From positions 32,001-96,000 of IMG/VR virus record IMGVR_UViG_3300042396_000691: 64,000 bases of DNA; one strand, given 5' to 3'. A model generated the notes under the pieces. The model made no database searches. It saw only the letters and a list, made by a program, of their open reading frames with translations, and was not told where the DNA came from. Source of the stretch: a virus. Taxonomy: Duplodnaviria > Caudoviricetes. Below are positions 1-9,338 of this stretch, piece after piece; position 1 is the stretch's first letter; every line of letters begins with the position of its first letter. Position numbers and translations under genes: made by a program.

Positions 1-2
1 AT

Positions 3-485
3 TTTGAAGGCATAGAAATAAATGGTCAACACACCCCTTGGCCTCCTGACGAATTAAGTTCTGAATATGATGGCTATAATGTTTTTATAAGTGTAAGAAA
101 TCCTTTTTCTAGAATAGTTTCTCTTTACAATCATTGGAAGTATGGACAGAATTACGAAAATGAATTTTTGTTAAAAGAAAAAACTTTTGAAGAATTTATA
201 GGTCTTGTTTTAAATAAAAAACTTTCTAACGATGGTTTTTTCCATTATACAATAACAGAATGGGTGTCTAAATATCGTTCATTTATAAAACAGGAAAACC
301 TGCAAAGTGATTTAAAAATGCTGAATATTCACTCTATAGATTTTAATGTTCCAATAATAAATGAGAAATTAGGATCGACAAAACATTGGAAAGAAGAGCA
401 CAATAAAAAAACAATTGAAATGACAATTGAATGGGCAGAAAAAGATTTTTATAATTTTGAATACAGCAAGGACATTAATGTTTAA
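3..485 (+). CDS. sulfotransferase family (Sulfotransfer_2-like) protein, 5'-truncated by window edge
   Basis: The frame of ORF 168..485 is open back to base 3 and reads ...ISVRNPFSRIVSLYNHW..., the 3'-phosphate-binding motif of Sulfotransfer_2 proteins, followed by FIKQENLQSDL. Confidence 0.7.
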   Translation, partial: FEGIEINGQHTPWPPDELSSEYDGYNVFISVRNPFSRIVSLYNHWKYGQNYENEFLLKEKTFEEFIGLVLNKKLSNDGFFHYTITEWVSKYRSFIKQENLQSDLKMLNIHSIDFNVPIINEKLGSTKHWKEEHNKKTIEMTIEWAEKDFYNFEYSKDINV

Positions 486-1194
486 GTGTTTTTTTGATTT
501 TTTTGGTTCTGATCGTTCTGGTAAATGGTGGACTCTTCGTTGTCAACACATTAAAGATAATCCATCATGTATAGGTTGTGGCACAAAAAAAGAGGTTCAA
601 GTTCATCATATAATACCAGTTAGTGTTGATTCATCTAAAGAGTTATGTAGAAACAACTTATGTACTCTTTGCAAACATTGCCATTTTGTTTTTGGGCACT
701 TGCACAACTATAAAAATTACAATCCAGAAGTAATTAGGGATTGCCAAGAGCATTACAAAAGAGTAAAACAATTTAGAGTTAAGACTTTTCAAAAACCTAT
801 TTCTTTATGGAGGACTATTATGAGCAAGTTTTTTGGTTCTATTGCGTTAGTTTTTTTAGGATATTCAATTTATGTTAGCCATATGTATGTGGTAGAAACT
901 AATAAAAATATAACGGTTAAAGAACTTTTTGCTGCTGAAAACAGACTATTGAAAGATGAAATTTATGCAGAGAGAAGCAAACCAACTTATGAAAATGGCT
1001 ATAGGGATGCTATTTTAAGGGCTGGTTCACCAACTGGATCTGGTTCATATCGTGATGGTTGGGAGGCTTGTGCAAAGCTTTATACAGACGGTTCATGGAC
1101 AAGCGGTTATCATACGGCACTAGAACAATTTGGTTGGAAGAATGAATCAACAGCATTCAAAAATTCAAATCCTCAAGCTGTTTCTATGAAATAA
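478..1194 (+). CDS. HNH endonuclease domain in frame with a downstream membrane-anchored protein (probable internal start at 820)
   Basis: CIGC...VQVHHIIP...NNLCTLCKHCH HNH signature; GGAGG RBS and in-frame ATG at 820 precede hydrophobic MSKFFGSIALVFLGYSIYV. Confidence 0.65.
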   Translation: MFKCFFDFFGSDRSGKWWTLRCQHIKDNPSCIGCGTKKEVQVHHIIPVSVDSSKELCRNNLCTLCKHCHFVFGHLHNYKNYNPEVIRDCQEHYKRVKQFRVKTFQKPISLWRTIMSKFFGSIALVFLGYSIYVSHMYVVETNKNITVKELFAAENRLLKDEIYAERSKPTYENGYRDAILRAGSPTGSGSYRDGWEACAKLYTDGSWTSGYHTALEQFGWKNESTAFKNSNPQAVSMK

Positions 1195-1240
1195 TCTTTA
1201 ATGATTTGCCCTCATACTGTGTATTAGTATGGGGGTAATC

Positions 1241-1615
1241 ATGAAAAAGAAATCACACAATAGCAAAGCTTTTGGCGAAATTTCTGGAAAATATTGGGCT
1301 TCATTAAGAAAAAACGCAAAAAAAAGAAACATACAAATAAAAGTAACAATAGAAGAAGCTTGGGAAATTTTCCTAAAACAAAACAAAAGATGTTTTTATA
1401 CTGGCTTAAAAATAACCCATAAAAAATATTTAAAAAGAATTAATAATAAAGATATTTATTCTTTAGGAACAGCATCGTTAGATAGGAAAAACAGTAGCCT
1501 TGACTACACTAAAGAAAATATACAGTGGGTTCATAAAGATGTTAACTATATGAAGATGAGTTTAAACGAAAAGTATTTCGTAAAACTTTGCAAGCTTATA
1601 TCTAGGAGATTTTAA
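1241..1615 (+). CDS. phage HNH-like endonuclease
   Basis: RCFYTG...ASLDRKNSSLDYTKENIQWVHKDVNYMK resembles the common phage SLDRID...GY..NVQWVH...N..K nuclease family. Confidence 0.7.
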   Translation: MKKKSHNSKAFGEISGKYWASLRKNAKKRNIQIKVTIEEAWEIFLKQNKRCFYTGLKITHKKYLKRINNKDIYSLGTASLDRKNSSLDYTKENIQWVHKDVNYMKMSLNEKYFVKLCKLISRRF

Positions 1616-1956
1616 TGAATTTTCAATCGCATGAAGATCTTTACATTCAACTTTCAAAAGACGAAAAAGAATTAGCTAATTCACTTATTTCATTGTCTCA
1701 AAAAGTTGGTCCGATCAATAAATCTGATGGTATTTGGGTTGGATATGAAAATGCAGATAACAATCCTACTAAAAATATTGGTGTTAAGTGTGGAAATTGT
1801 GCATTACACAAATCAGAAAACACATGCATTATACTTGATCAACAAATAGAAATGGATGGTGTTTGCAGATTTGCAGTTATACCAGATGGTTATGTTAATG
1901 TTGTTAAAGTAGAAAAGGACATAGAAGAATACCTTAATGAAAATAATAATAAATAG
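1615..1956 (+). CDS. hypothetical protein with HiPIP-like four-Cys motif
   Basis: KCGNCALH...TCIIL...GVCRF Cys spacing; TAATG coupling. Confidence 0.45.
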   Translation: MNFQSHEDLYIQLSKDEKELANSLISLSQKVGPINKSDGIWVGYENADNNPTKNIGVKCGNCALHKSENTCIILDQQIEMDGVCRFAVIPDGYVNVVKVEKDIEEYLNENNNK

Positions 1957-2422
1957 TCCTGTTTTAAAAACAAAATGCAAAGAAGTAGATTTAAAAAAGG
2001 GAAAGACTATTGCCAAAAGAATGTGGCAATTTTTAAACCTTTACAATAAAAAAAACGAAGTAAAAGCTGTTGGTTTAGCAGCAAATCAATTTGGAATAGA
2101 TGCTTCAGTTGCCATAGTTCTTAAAAACAACAAACCATTTATTTTAATGAATCCTAAAATAATAAATTTTTCTCAAATAAAAATTTGTAAAAAAGAAGGA
2201 TGCTTAAGTTTTCCAGATGAACAACTTGATGTCTATAGACATATGTGGATTGAAGTTGTATGTTTAAATCATCCTAATCCTATTTTCTTTGGAAGTAGAC
2301 CAGAAGAAAGCAATGATAATTTTTTGGAAAGTTGTGTTGCTCAACATGAAATAGCACACTTAAACGGTTTGACTTTTCATGATTTTCAATGGAATAATTC
2401 AATAACACCTAACGATTGGTAA
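1937..2422 (+). CDS. def: peptide deformylase
   Basis: All three PDF motifs: GLAANQFG, EGCLS, QHEIAHLNG. Confidence 0.95.
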   Translation: MKIIINSPVLKTKCKEVDLKKGKTIAKRMWQFLNLYNKKNEVKAVGLAANQFGIDASVAIVLKNNKPFILMNPKIINFSQIKICKKEGCLSFPDEQLDVYRHMWIEVVCLNHPNPIFFGSRPEESNDNFLESCVAQHEIAHLNGLTFHDFQWNNSITPNDW

Positions 2423-2423
2423 A

Positions 2424-2693
2424 ATGAAAAACCACTATACAAAAGTAAAAAACGCTGTAGATTTTAAAATATACAATGAGCTTGAGAGTTTTGTTTACAA
2501 CTCTTTAGTTGAAGATGAGTTAACATCTGAAGAAAATTTGCGTTCTTTAATTGTTTCTCAGGTAAAAAGAGAACATGGTAGCCTTATTTATTCGAGCATA
2601 GAAATAGAAGATACTATAAAAAATCTAATTATTAGAAAAATTATTAAAGAAGCGATTGGTATAAAGTTGTCCAAGTTTATTCATAGTCAATAG
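2424..2693 (+). CDS. hypothetical protein
   Basis: 89 aa ORF contiguous with def. Confidence 0.6.
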   Translation: MKNHYTKVKNAVDFKIYNELESFVYNSLVEDELTSEENLRSLIVSQVKREHGSLIYSSIEIEDTIKNLIIRKIIKEAIGIKLSKFIHSQ

Positions 2694-2741
2694 TTAGGGG
2701 TATTTATACATGGGCTTTATCCTTTTAAAAGGAGGTATCCC

Positions 2742-2915
2742 ATGCAAACTTATTTTGAAGTTTGGGCAACAGAGCCTAATGGCAAAACAAGAATAAAAAT
2801 AGCAGAGTACGAAGAAATTTTTTGGCAAAGAGCAGAAAAAAAAGCTTTATCATTAGAGTTACAAGGATATACTAAGATAGTTGTTTTTGAAAAAATGAGG
2901 ACTACAAACAAATAA
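2742..2915 (+). CDS. small hypothetical protein (57 aa, not in ORF track)
   Basis: Strong AAGGAGGT RBS upstream of ATG 2742; MQTYFEVWATEPNGKTRIKIAEY...; TAA at 2913-2915. Confidence 0.7.
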   Translation: MQTYFEVWATEPNGKTRIKIAEYEEIFWQRAEKKALSLELQGYTKIVVFEKMRTTNK

Positions 2916-2940
2916 GTTTGATTTGCATAAGGAGGATACT

Positions 2941-4005
2941 ATGGATATAAATCTCAGTTGCCCAATAAATCAGCTTGGGTATGGTGTCGTTGGTTTAAAT
3001 GTTTTTTTAAATTTACAAAAAAATCATAATGTAGCACTATGGCCAATTGGACCAGTAGATTGCGAAGAATCAAAACATGATGCATTAAGAGCATCTATTG
3101 AAAAAACAAAAACATTTAATTACACAGCACCAAGTTTAAAAATATGGCATCAGTTTGATATGGCATCTCATGTTGGAAATGGCAAAAAATTTGGTTTAAC
3201 ATTTTTTGAAACCAATAAAATAAAAGAAAATGAAATTCATCATTTAAAATTTTTAGAAAAAGTATTTGTTACATCCTCTTGGGCAAAAGAGGTTCTTATA
3301 AATTCTGGTTTAGAAAGTTCAAAAATAGTAGTTGTAAAACTTGGTGTAGATAAAGTAATTTTTCCAGAATCTAAAATAGATGATAAAAAAACAACCAAAA
3401 TAGTTTGTGTTGGTAAATGGGAAATAAGGAAAGGTCATGATCTTATCATAGATATTATAGAAAAAACTTTTGATAAAGATGATGATTTCAAACTTATAAT
3501 GTGTTGCTCTAATCCGTTTTTGTCACAAGAAGAACAAAATCACTGGATTTCATTTTTTGAAAAAAGCAAATATTTTGATAAGATAATTGTTTTGAAAGAA
3601 AGATTAAAATCTCAAGCAGATGTTAATAGGCTTATGCATGGTTCTGATGTTGGCATATTCCCATATCGTGCAGAAGCTTGGAACTTAGAACTTTCTGAAA
3701 TGTTGTCAATGGGCAAACATTGCATTGCTACAAATTATTCTGGTCCAAAAGAATTTGCTAATGATGCTGGTGCGATTTTAATTAACTCAGAAGGTATGGA
3801 AAGTGCTTACGATGGAAAATGGTTTGATGGTTCAGCAGAATGGGCCAAACTAGGAAAAAAATATGTGGAAGAATTTTCTTCTGCCTTAAGAAATATTCAT
3901 GAGCAAAAACAAAAGGGTGATTTAAAAATAAACTCTAAGGGTATAGAATATTTTAATCAAAACACTTGGGAAAAATCTTGCGAAACAATAGTGGGTGAAC
4001 TATGA
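2941..4005 (+). CDS. glycosyltransferase family 4 (GT-B)
   Basis: AGGAGG RBS; GYGVVG N-terminal loop, VGKWEIRKGHD, PYRAEAWNLELSEMLSMG (E-x7-E), IATNYSG. Confidence 0.9.
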   Translation: MDINLSCPINQLGYGVVGLNVFLNLQKNHNVALWPIGPVDCEESKHDALRASIEKTKTFNYTAPSLKIWHQFDMASHVGNGKKFGLTFFETNKIKENEIHHLKFLEKVFVTSSWAKEVLINSGLESSKIVVVKLGVDKVIFPESKIDDKKTTKIVCVGKWEIRKGHDLIIDIIEKTFDKDDDFKLIMCCSNPFLSQEEQNHWISFFEKSKYFDKIIVLKERLKSQADVNRLMHGSDVGIFPYRAEAWNLELSEMLSMGKHCIATNYSGPKEFANDAGAILINSEGMESAYDGKWFDGSAEWAKLGKKYVEEFSSALRNIHEQKQKGDLKINSKGIEYFNQNTWEKSCETIVGEL

Positions 4006-4400
4006 ATTTGACAGTATCATTTTTAATATGCAGAACAGACGAAGGTAAAGAACCATCAATTTTATTTTTAAAAAATGAAAATGGTAATTATGAATTGCCA
4101 AGTTTTCAAATGAAAGACGATGAGTATGATGTTGATGAATTTGTTGGCAGAACATTTAAATCAATCACTGGTGTTCAAGTAATAGACAAAAGAGGTTTTG
4201 GTTGGATTAACTTGTTTTTATCTGGAACCATAGTATCAAATAAAAAATATAGTTTTGTTTATATGTGTAAGCTTCCAGATGTTATAAATATTGAAATTTA
4301 TGAAAGTATAAAAATGAGTTCTCTTCTTGAATCACAAAATTTTGAAGAGGATTATATTTCTCAAGTTATTCACTGTTTTAATAATTTATACATTAGATAA
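4002..4400 (+). CDS. hypothetical protein, possibly degenerate Nudix fold
   Basis: ILFLKNENGNYELPS...FKSITGV loosely resembles a Nudix box without the catalytic Glu residues. Confidence 0.4.
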   Translation: MNLTVSFLICRTDEGKEPSILFLKNENGNYELPSFQMKDDEYDVDEFVGRTFKSITGVQVIDKRGFGWINLFLSGTIVSNKKYSFVYMCKLPDVINIEIYESIKMSSLLESQNFEEDYISQVIHCFNNLYIR

Positions 4401-4401
4401 C

Positions 4402-4710
4402 ATGAAAAACATAAAAATAATTTTTGATGTAAATTTAAGCGATGTTATAACAACATTTGTATTTCCAGAAATAATAGACAAAGAAGAAAAATCTGTTTTA
4501 TCTGAAAAAACAGCATCTTTTCTTTCTTCTCTGCAAACTGGAGGTGTGATGACATCAATAATACATGGTGTTGTTGAAGGTGGAATTATTTCTGACGATA
4601 AAGGTTTATCTGATTTAATAATTAAAAAAATGCTTTCTAATTTTTTAGTTACATCAGATGAAAAACCATTGATTCTTCCAAGTGAAGCATTTGTTTTTAA
4701 GGAAAAATAA
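4402..4710 (+). CDS. hypothetical protein
   Basis: ORF filling the gap; its stop overlaps the thyX start. Confidence 0.6.
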   Translation: MKNIKIIFDVNLSDVITTFVFPEIIDKEEKSVLSEKTASFLSSLQTGGVMTSIIHGVVEGGIISDDKGLSDLIIKKMLSNFLVTSDEKPLILPSEAFVFKEK

Positions 4711-5513
4711 TGACGATAGAAGCAAAGATAATTTCAGACTCGATATCTATTTACGACAGAAGAATAACCACTATGGTTATTAAGTATCCAAGGTTTATAC
4801 ATTCTGAATTTATGACACATAGAATTTTTTCTAGAAATGCGAGTAGTAGCCGAGCTATACCAGTTGATAAAATGATTGATGATATTAAACACGACATGGC
4901 AAAACCAAGCATTTGGGCAAAAAATCAAAAAGGAATGTCATCTGGCGAAAGGTTAGATTATAACAAAGAAGTTATGTGTAATCATGTTTGGCAAGAAGCA
5001 GCAGAATTTGTTATTAAAAAATGTGCATTGTTAAAAGAACTTGGTGTTCACAAAAGTATAGCCAATAGAATACTAGAGCCTTTTTCTCACATAACAACAA
5101 TTGTTACTTCTACAGAATGGGATAATTTTTTTAAATTGAGGATAAGCCCTGATGCACAACCAGAAATATGTGAATTAGCAACAAAAATGAAAGTCGTATT
5201 AGATGAATCAACCCCTAAGATTAAAAACTTTGGTGATTGGCATATTCCATTTGGTGATGCTTATGTAGATGATGGTGTACCAATAGAAAAAATGCTTAAA
5301 ATAAGTGTCGCTCGTTGTGCTAGAGTTAGCTATCTTAATTTTGAAGGAAAAATAGACAATGAAAAAGATTATGATCTTCATGACAAATTAATGGAAGAAG
5401 GTCATTGGAGTCCTTTTGAACATTGTGCTACTCCTACATCATCTGATATCTATAGCGGAAATTTTTTAGGTTGGCTACAATATAGAAAATTTGCGGATAG
5501 AAAGAATGATTAA
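4710..5513 (+). CDS. thyX: FAD-dependent thymidylate synthase ThyX
   Basis: HSEFMTHRIFSRNASSSRAIP ThyX motif, FFKLR...AQPEI, ARCARVSY, GHWSPFEH. Confidence 0.92.
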   Translation: MTIEAKIISDSISIYDRRITTMVIKYPRFIHSEFMTHRIFSRNASSSRAIPVDKMIDDIKHDMAKPSIWAKNQKGMSSGERLDYNKEVMCNHVWQEAAEFVIKKCALLKELGVHKSIANRILEPFSHITTIVTSTEWDNFFKLRISPDAQPEICELATKMKVVLDESTPKIKNFGDWHIPFGDAYVDDGVPIEKMLKISVARCARVSYLNFEGKIDNEKDYDLHDKLMEEGHWSPFEHCATPTSSDIYSGNFLGWLQYRKFADRKND

Positions 5514-6078
5514 AAAAATACAATGGCTGAAGTGGGAAGATCCACTTACGCCAAATAAAGAAGACATTGATCTTGAAACGAAATCTCATAAAGACAGCTT
5601 TAAAGAATTTGATGATTCTGAAGAAAGACATGTCAGATTAGTTGTCGGCCCTTATGGTCTTTTGCCACTAAATGAAAATGCTGTTACGGCAAAACTTTAT
5701 AAGCTTTGGGTTGGTCATTGTAACTTTGAAATAACCGATACAGTCAAAGAAAAAATAGAATCTGTTGCTGGAGTAGAAGTTTTACGAATATGGACAAGAT
5801 ATAGGTTTTGGTTAGGTGTAGCAAATCTTTTTGATGATTCAGATGTTCAAAGCGATATTGAAAAACTTTTAACTGAAGAGAAAGAATTAAAGAATAAAAA
5901 TATTGCACTTAAAGCTTTGGTAAAAGTTTTAAAAAATAAATATAAATTTTGGGCAGTTTTTTTAGAAAAGAATGGTGAATTAAAAACTGTTGGTAGTGAA
6001 AATATTGAAGATGTAAAAAAAGAAACAGAATTGAATAAAAATTTAAACATATTGGCTTGCAGTTGGAAAAATGATTGA
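5506..6078 (+). CDS. hypothetical protein
   Basis: ORF overlapping thyX end; LWVGHCNFEIT...GVEVLRIWTRYRF. Confidence 0.65.
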   Translation: MIKKIQWLKWEDPLTPNKEDIDLETKSHKDSFKEFDDSEERHVRLVVGPYGLLPLNENAVTAKLYKLWVGHCNFEITDTVKEKIESVAGVEVLRIWTRYRFWLGVANLFDDSDVQSDIEKLLTEEKELKNKNIALKALVKVLKNKYKFWAVFLEKNGELKTVGSENIEDVKKETELNKNLNILACSWKND

Positions 6079-6117
6079 TATATTGTATTTATCCATTACT
6101 CAAAAGGAGATTTCGCT

Positions 6118-6378
6118 ATGTCTGATGTTGTAAAAAGCTTTAATCCTGATCAAGTTGCAAAGTCTGTAGCTATTATTGTGTCTACCTTAAAATGGGTTTC
6201 TACCATTATTCCAGGTGATTCAGACGATAAAGTTGTTGCTCAAATTGTTAAAATTGCTGAAGAGCCTTGGTTTGTTACGGCTTTGACTTTTTTAATTAAC
6301 AAATTTGATGGCGATATGAGTCAAATAAAAGCTGAAGACTTTATCCTTGCTGCTAGAACGGCTCAAGGAAAATACTAG
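6118..6378 (+). CDS. small amphipathic/hydrophobic protein
   Basis: AAAGGAGA RBS; 86 aa with two hydrophobic stretches. Confidence 0.65.
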   Translation: MSDVVKSFNPDQVAKSVAIIVSTLKWVSTIIPGDSDDKVVAQIVKIAEEPWFVTALTFLINKFDGDMSQIKAEDFILAARTAQGKY

Positions 6379-6521
6379 TGCTTAAGTTTTTAATTGAACT
6401 TATCTCTAATATTGTAATAGCTATTTTTTTAGCGATTATATTTATATTGTTTTATGTTTCAGACAGTTTAAAAAAACATAAGCATAATAAAGAATGTTTT
6501 ATTGATAAAACCAATAAGTAA
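6378..6521 (+). CDS. small single-TM membrane protein (47 aa, not in ORF track)
   Basis: GTG overlapping upstream TAG; IVIAIFLAIIFILFYV followed by a basic tail. Confidence 0.5.
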   Translation: MLKFLIELISNIVIAIFLAIIFILFYVSDSLKKHKHNKECFIDKTNK

Positions 6522-6537
6522 ATTATAGGAAATTAAC

Positions 6538-7317
6538 ATGTTTAAGAAATCATTGTTTTTTTTGTTGGTGTTTTGCAATTTTGCTTTTGCAGAAAATTTT
6601 GTAATTCCAGAGCAAAAAATCGTTGGAGCAGAAATTCCTATTCCTTTGGGTGAGCTTGTAGATTTGTCTATAAGCCCAATTCAATCCACGCCAAAGTTTT
6701 TAGTTTCAACTACATATGCATGGAAAGTATTTGACGGTTATACAGAAAAAAGAATTCGTAATTATGAAAATGGTGTTTTCTTTGGTTCTGGAATACAAGC
6801 AAAAAGACTCAAGGTTATTGTTTCAATAACTCATTTGTACATAGTTAAAGAAAACGAAAAGCTTTTAGAGGCTGCTACTAGAACTAATTTTATTTCAACA
6901 GATGTTTTTATTGGTGAACAAGAACCTGATACTCCACTAGAGCCAGAGGTTGAACCAGAATTTGGAGAATCAAAGTATCAACTTTCTAAATTTATTTATG
7001 ACAATGTTAAGATTTTAAAAATATCAAAATCAGATAAGGTAAAACAATCTACTGCTATTGCAACATCTTTTGATAGCATGGCTGCTGCTATTGCTGCCGG
7101 AACAATTGCAACACTTGAAGACATACTGAAAAAGACAGCAGAATCAAATAAATTAGCATTAACAAAATCTGGTGGAGATAGAACAAAATGGGAACCACTA
7201 TTTACAGAAATACAAGAAAAGCTTTTTGACTTGTATAAAACTAATAAGATGCAAACCAAAGAAGATTTTGCTATTGCGTGGAGAGAAATATCATCTGGTC
7301 TTAAATTAATAAAATAG
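6538..7317 (+). CDS. exported protein with signal peptide
   Basis: MFKKSLFFLLVFCNFAFA Sec-type signal; Pro/Glu linker; helical C-terminal domain. Confidence 0.7.
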   Translation: MFKKSLFFLLVFCNFAFAENFVIPEQKIVGAEIPIPLGELVDLSISPIQSTPKFLVSTTYAWKVFDGYTEKRIRNYENGVFFGSGIQAKRLKVIVSITHLYIVKENEKLLEAATRTNFISTDVFIGEQEPDTPLEPEVEPEFGESKYQLSKFIYDNVKILKISKSDKVKQSTAIATSFDSMAAAIAAGTIATLEDILKKTAESNKLALTKSGGDRTKWEPLFTEIQEKLFDLYKTNKMQTKEDFAIAWREISSGLKLIK

Positions 7318-7324
7318 GTGAAAC

Positions 7325-8248
7325 ATGTCTGAATTATCAAAGTTAGGTGGTTGGGCAGGAAAAGACAATCCTTCGCTTGTTGAAAGTGAATTCAATTTAA
7401 TTAAAGATGGTGGATCATTTAGAGACTTTAATGTTTATGGCAAAAGCCAAGACACTAAAGGCAAAAAAATGATGTTGTATGATGTTGTTCGTAAAGTTCT
7501 TGGTAAGGATACTCCTAATTACGCTCAAGAAATTGGTGACTGCGTAAGTTTTGGTGCTAAAAATGCCATTGAATACTTAATGGCTACTGAAAAACTTATG
7601 AAGGGCGATCACGAAAAATTTGAATTTGTTTTTCCACCATATCTTTATGGCACAGGAAGAGTTCTTGTTGGTCGTGGACAACTTAATGGTGAAGATGGAT
7701 CTCTTGGGAGTTGGATGGCAGATGCTGTTATTAAATATGGGGTTCTTCGTAGTAATTTTGATGGTCTTCCTAAGTATGCTGGAAGCGTAGCCAAAAAATG
7801 GGGCGATACACCAGGACCAGACAAGAAGTTTGTTGAAGAAGGAACTAAACACCCAGTAAAGTCTGCTGCTCAAATTAAAAATTGGGATCAATTAGTAGAG
7901 GCTATTGTAAATGGTTACCCCTGCACAACTGCTAGTGATGTAGGGTATGAAATGGAACCAGAGTCTGATGGTTTTCATAGCCAGACAGACAATTGGGGCC
8001 ATCAAATGTGTTTTATAGGCGTTGACGATAGAGCTAAAGACCCATACGCAATTATTGTTAATAGTTGGGGTGATGCTCACGGTCATCTTAAAGACTTTGA
8101 CACTGGAGAAAATCTTCCTGTCGGAGTTTTAAGAGTTAAAAAGAAAGATGCTGAAAAACACATTAGGGCTGGTGAAACTTTTGCTTATAGTAATTTCGAA
8201 GGTTTTCCAGAACAGTTGATAGATAAAAAATTATTTATGCTTATTTAG
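7325..8248 (+). CDS. papain-like (C1 family) cysteine peptidase
   Basis: QEIGDCVSFG (oxyanion Q and catalytic C), WGHQM (His), VNSWG (Asn). Confidence 0.88.
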   Translation: MSELSKLGGWAGKDNPSLVESEFNLIKDGGSFRDFNVYGKSQDTKGKKMMLYDVVRKVLGKDTPNYAQEIGDCVSFGAKNAIEYLMATEKLMKGDHEKFEFVFPPYLYGTGRVLVGRGQLNGEDGSLGSWMADAVIKYGVLRSNFDGLPKYAGSVAKKWGDTPGPDKKFVEEGTKHPVKSAAQIKNWDQLVEAIVNGYPCTTASDVGYEMEPESDGFHSQTDNWGHQMCFIGVDDRAKDPYAIIVNSWGDAHGHLKDFDTGENLPVGVLRVKKKDAEKHIRAGETFAYSNFEGFPEQLIDKKLFMLI

Positions 8249-8259
8249 AAGGGTTTAAT

Positions 8260-9150
8260 ATGACAAATAAATCTGAAGGTTTACAGTATGGAAAGCCAGA
8301 CAAGGATGATCCAAGAAAAACTCCAGCAAAACCAGAAGAGCAAAAAAAGGGTTCTAAAAAAAACCCAAAAGACTCTGCCAATAAGCCAAATAAAGATATT
8401 GAGTTATCAAAAGAAACCGAAGATAAAATTAAAGTTTTGATGCAAAAGCATAACGACAAAGATCCAGAATTTAAAGCCAATATGGGCCAATTAAAATCTG
8501 TCTTTAGAAGAGGTGCTGGAGCATTTTCTACTAGTCATGCACCAAACATGAATAGAACAGGGTGGGGTTTAGCTAGAGTAAGAGCTTTTTTATATTTGCT
8601 CCGCAATAAAAGAGCATCAAATCCGAATTACAAGCAAGATAATGATCTATTGCCAGAAGGTCATCCAAAAAGCACAAAAAAACCTTCAGCGTCTTACTTA
8701 AATGAAGAAATTGATTATTCTGAGTTTCTAAATTCTATTAAAGATATAATTGTAAAAAACAAAGAAAGAAGTAAAGCTTTTTCAGATATTGAAAAATATT
8801 TTACTAAATCTTCTGAAGGTTACGATGCACCAGAATCTGCTAGAAATAATGCAAGAAAAGTTTTAGAGTGGAAAGAAAAGTATGGGAAAGAATGCAAAGG
8901 TATGACCGCTGTAGGTTGGGCCAGAGCTAGAGATTTGGCTGGAAATGCTATGTTATCTGCTGATACAGTAAAAAGAATGGCTCAATTTAATAGGCATGGA
9001 TCTAATTATGAAAAAGCAAAATCTAAACCAGAGTATAAAACTAAACCTTGGAGTATTCCAGCGGTGGTTGCATGGTTAGGTTGGGGTGGAACATCTGGTA
9101 TTGAATGGGCAATGAGAACAAGTCAATCCATTATAAAAAACAAAAAGTAA
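8260..9150 (+). CDS. two-domain phage protein of unknown function
   Basis: LKSVFRRGAGAFSTSH...WGLARVRAFL and GWARARDLA...VKRMAQFNRH...AWLGWGG motifs, familiar from phage head-associated hypothetical proteins. Confidence 0.6.
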   Translation: MTNKSEGLQYGKPDKDDPRKTPAKPEEQKKGSKKNPKDSANKPNKDIELSKETEDKIKVLMQKHNDKDPEFKANMGQLKSVFRRGAGAFSTSHAPNMNRTGWGLARVRAFLYLLRNKRASNPNYKQDNDLLPEGHPKSTKKPSASYLNEEIDYSEFLNSIKDIIVKNKERSKAFSDIEKYFTKSSEGYDAPESARNNARKVLEWKEKYGKECKGMTAVGWARARDLAGNAMLSADTVKRMAQFNRHGSNYEKAKSKPEYKTKPWSIPAVVAWLGWGGTSGIEWAMRTSQSIIKNKK

Positions 9151-9153
9151 ATC

Positions 9154-9324
9154 ATGTTAAGCTTAATGCTTTTTTTGTTGTTTGATCAAACTATAAGCAA
9201 AGAACAATTTGTGCTAATAGAGAAAGATTCTATTTCATTTTCTAAACTCATAAATCAACTACCAAAATCAAAAGTATCCTTATCAGTAATCATAAATGCA
9301 AATCAAGAAGAGTGTTTTACTTGA
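9154..9324 (+). CDS. small protein with hydrophobic N-terminus ending C-F-T-TGA (possible readthrough to TAA 9339)
   Basis: ATG 9154, MLSLMLFLLF...EECFT; see findings. Confidence 0.5.
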   Translation: MLSLMLFLLFDQTISKEQFVLIEKDSISFSKLINQLPKSKVSLSVIINANQEECFT

Positions 9325-9338
9325 CGGAGAAGAAAATA

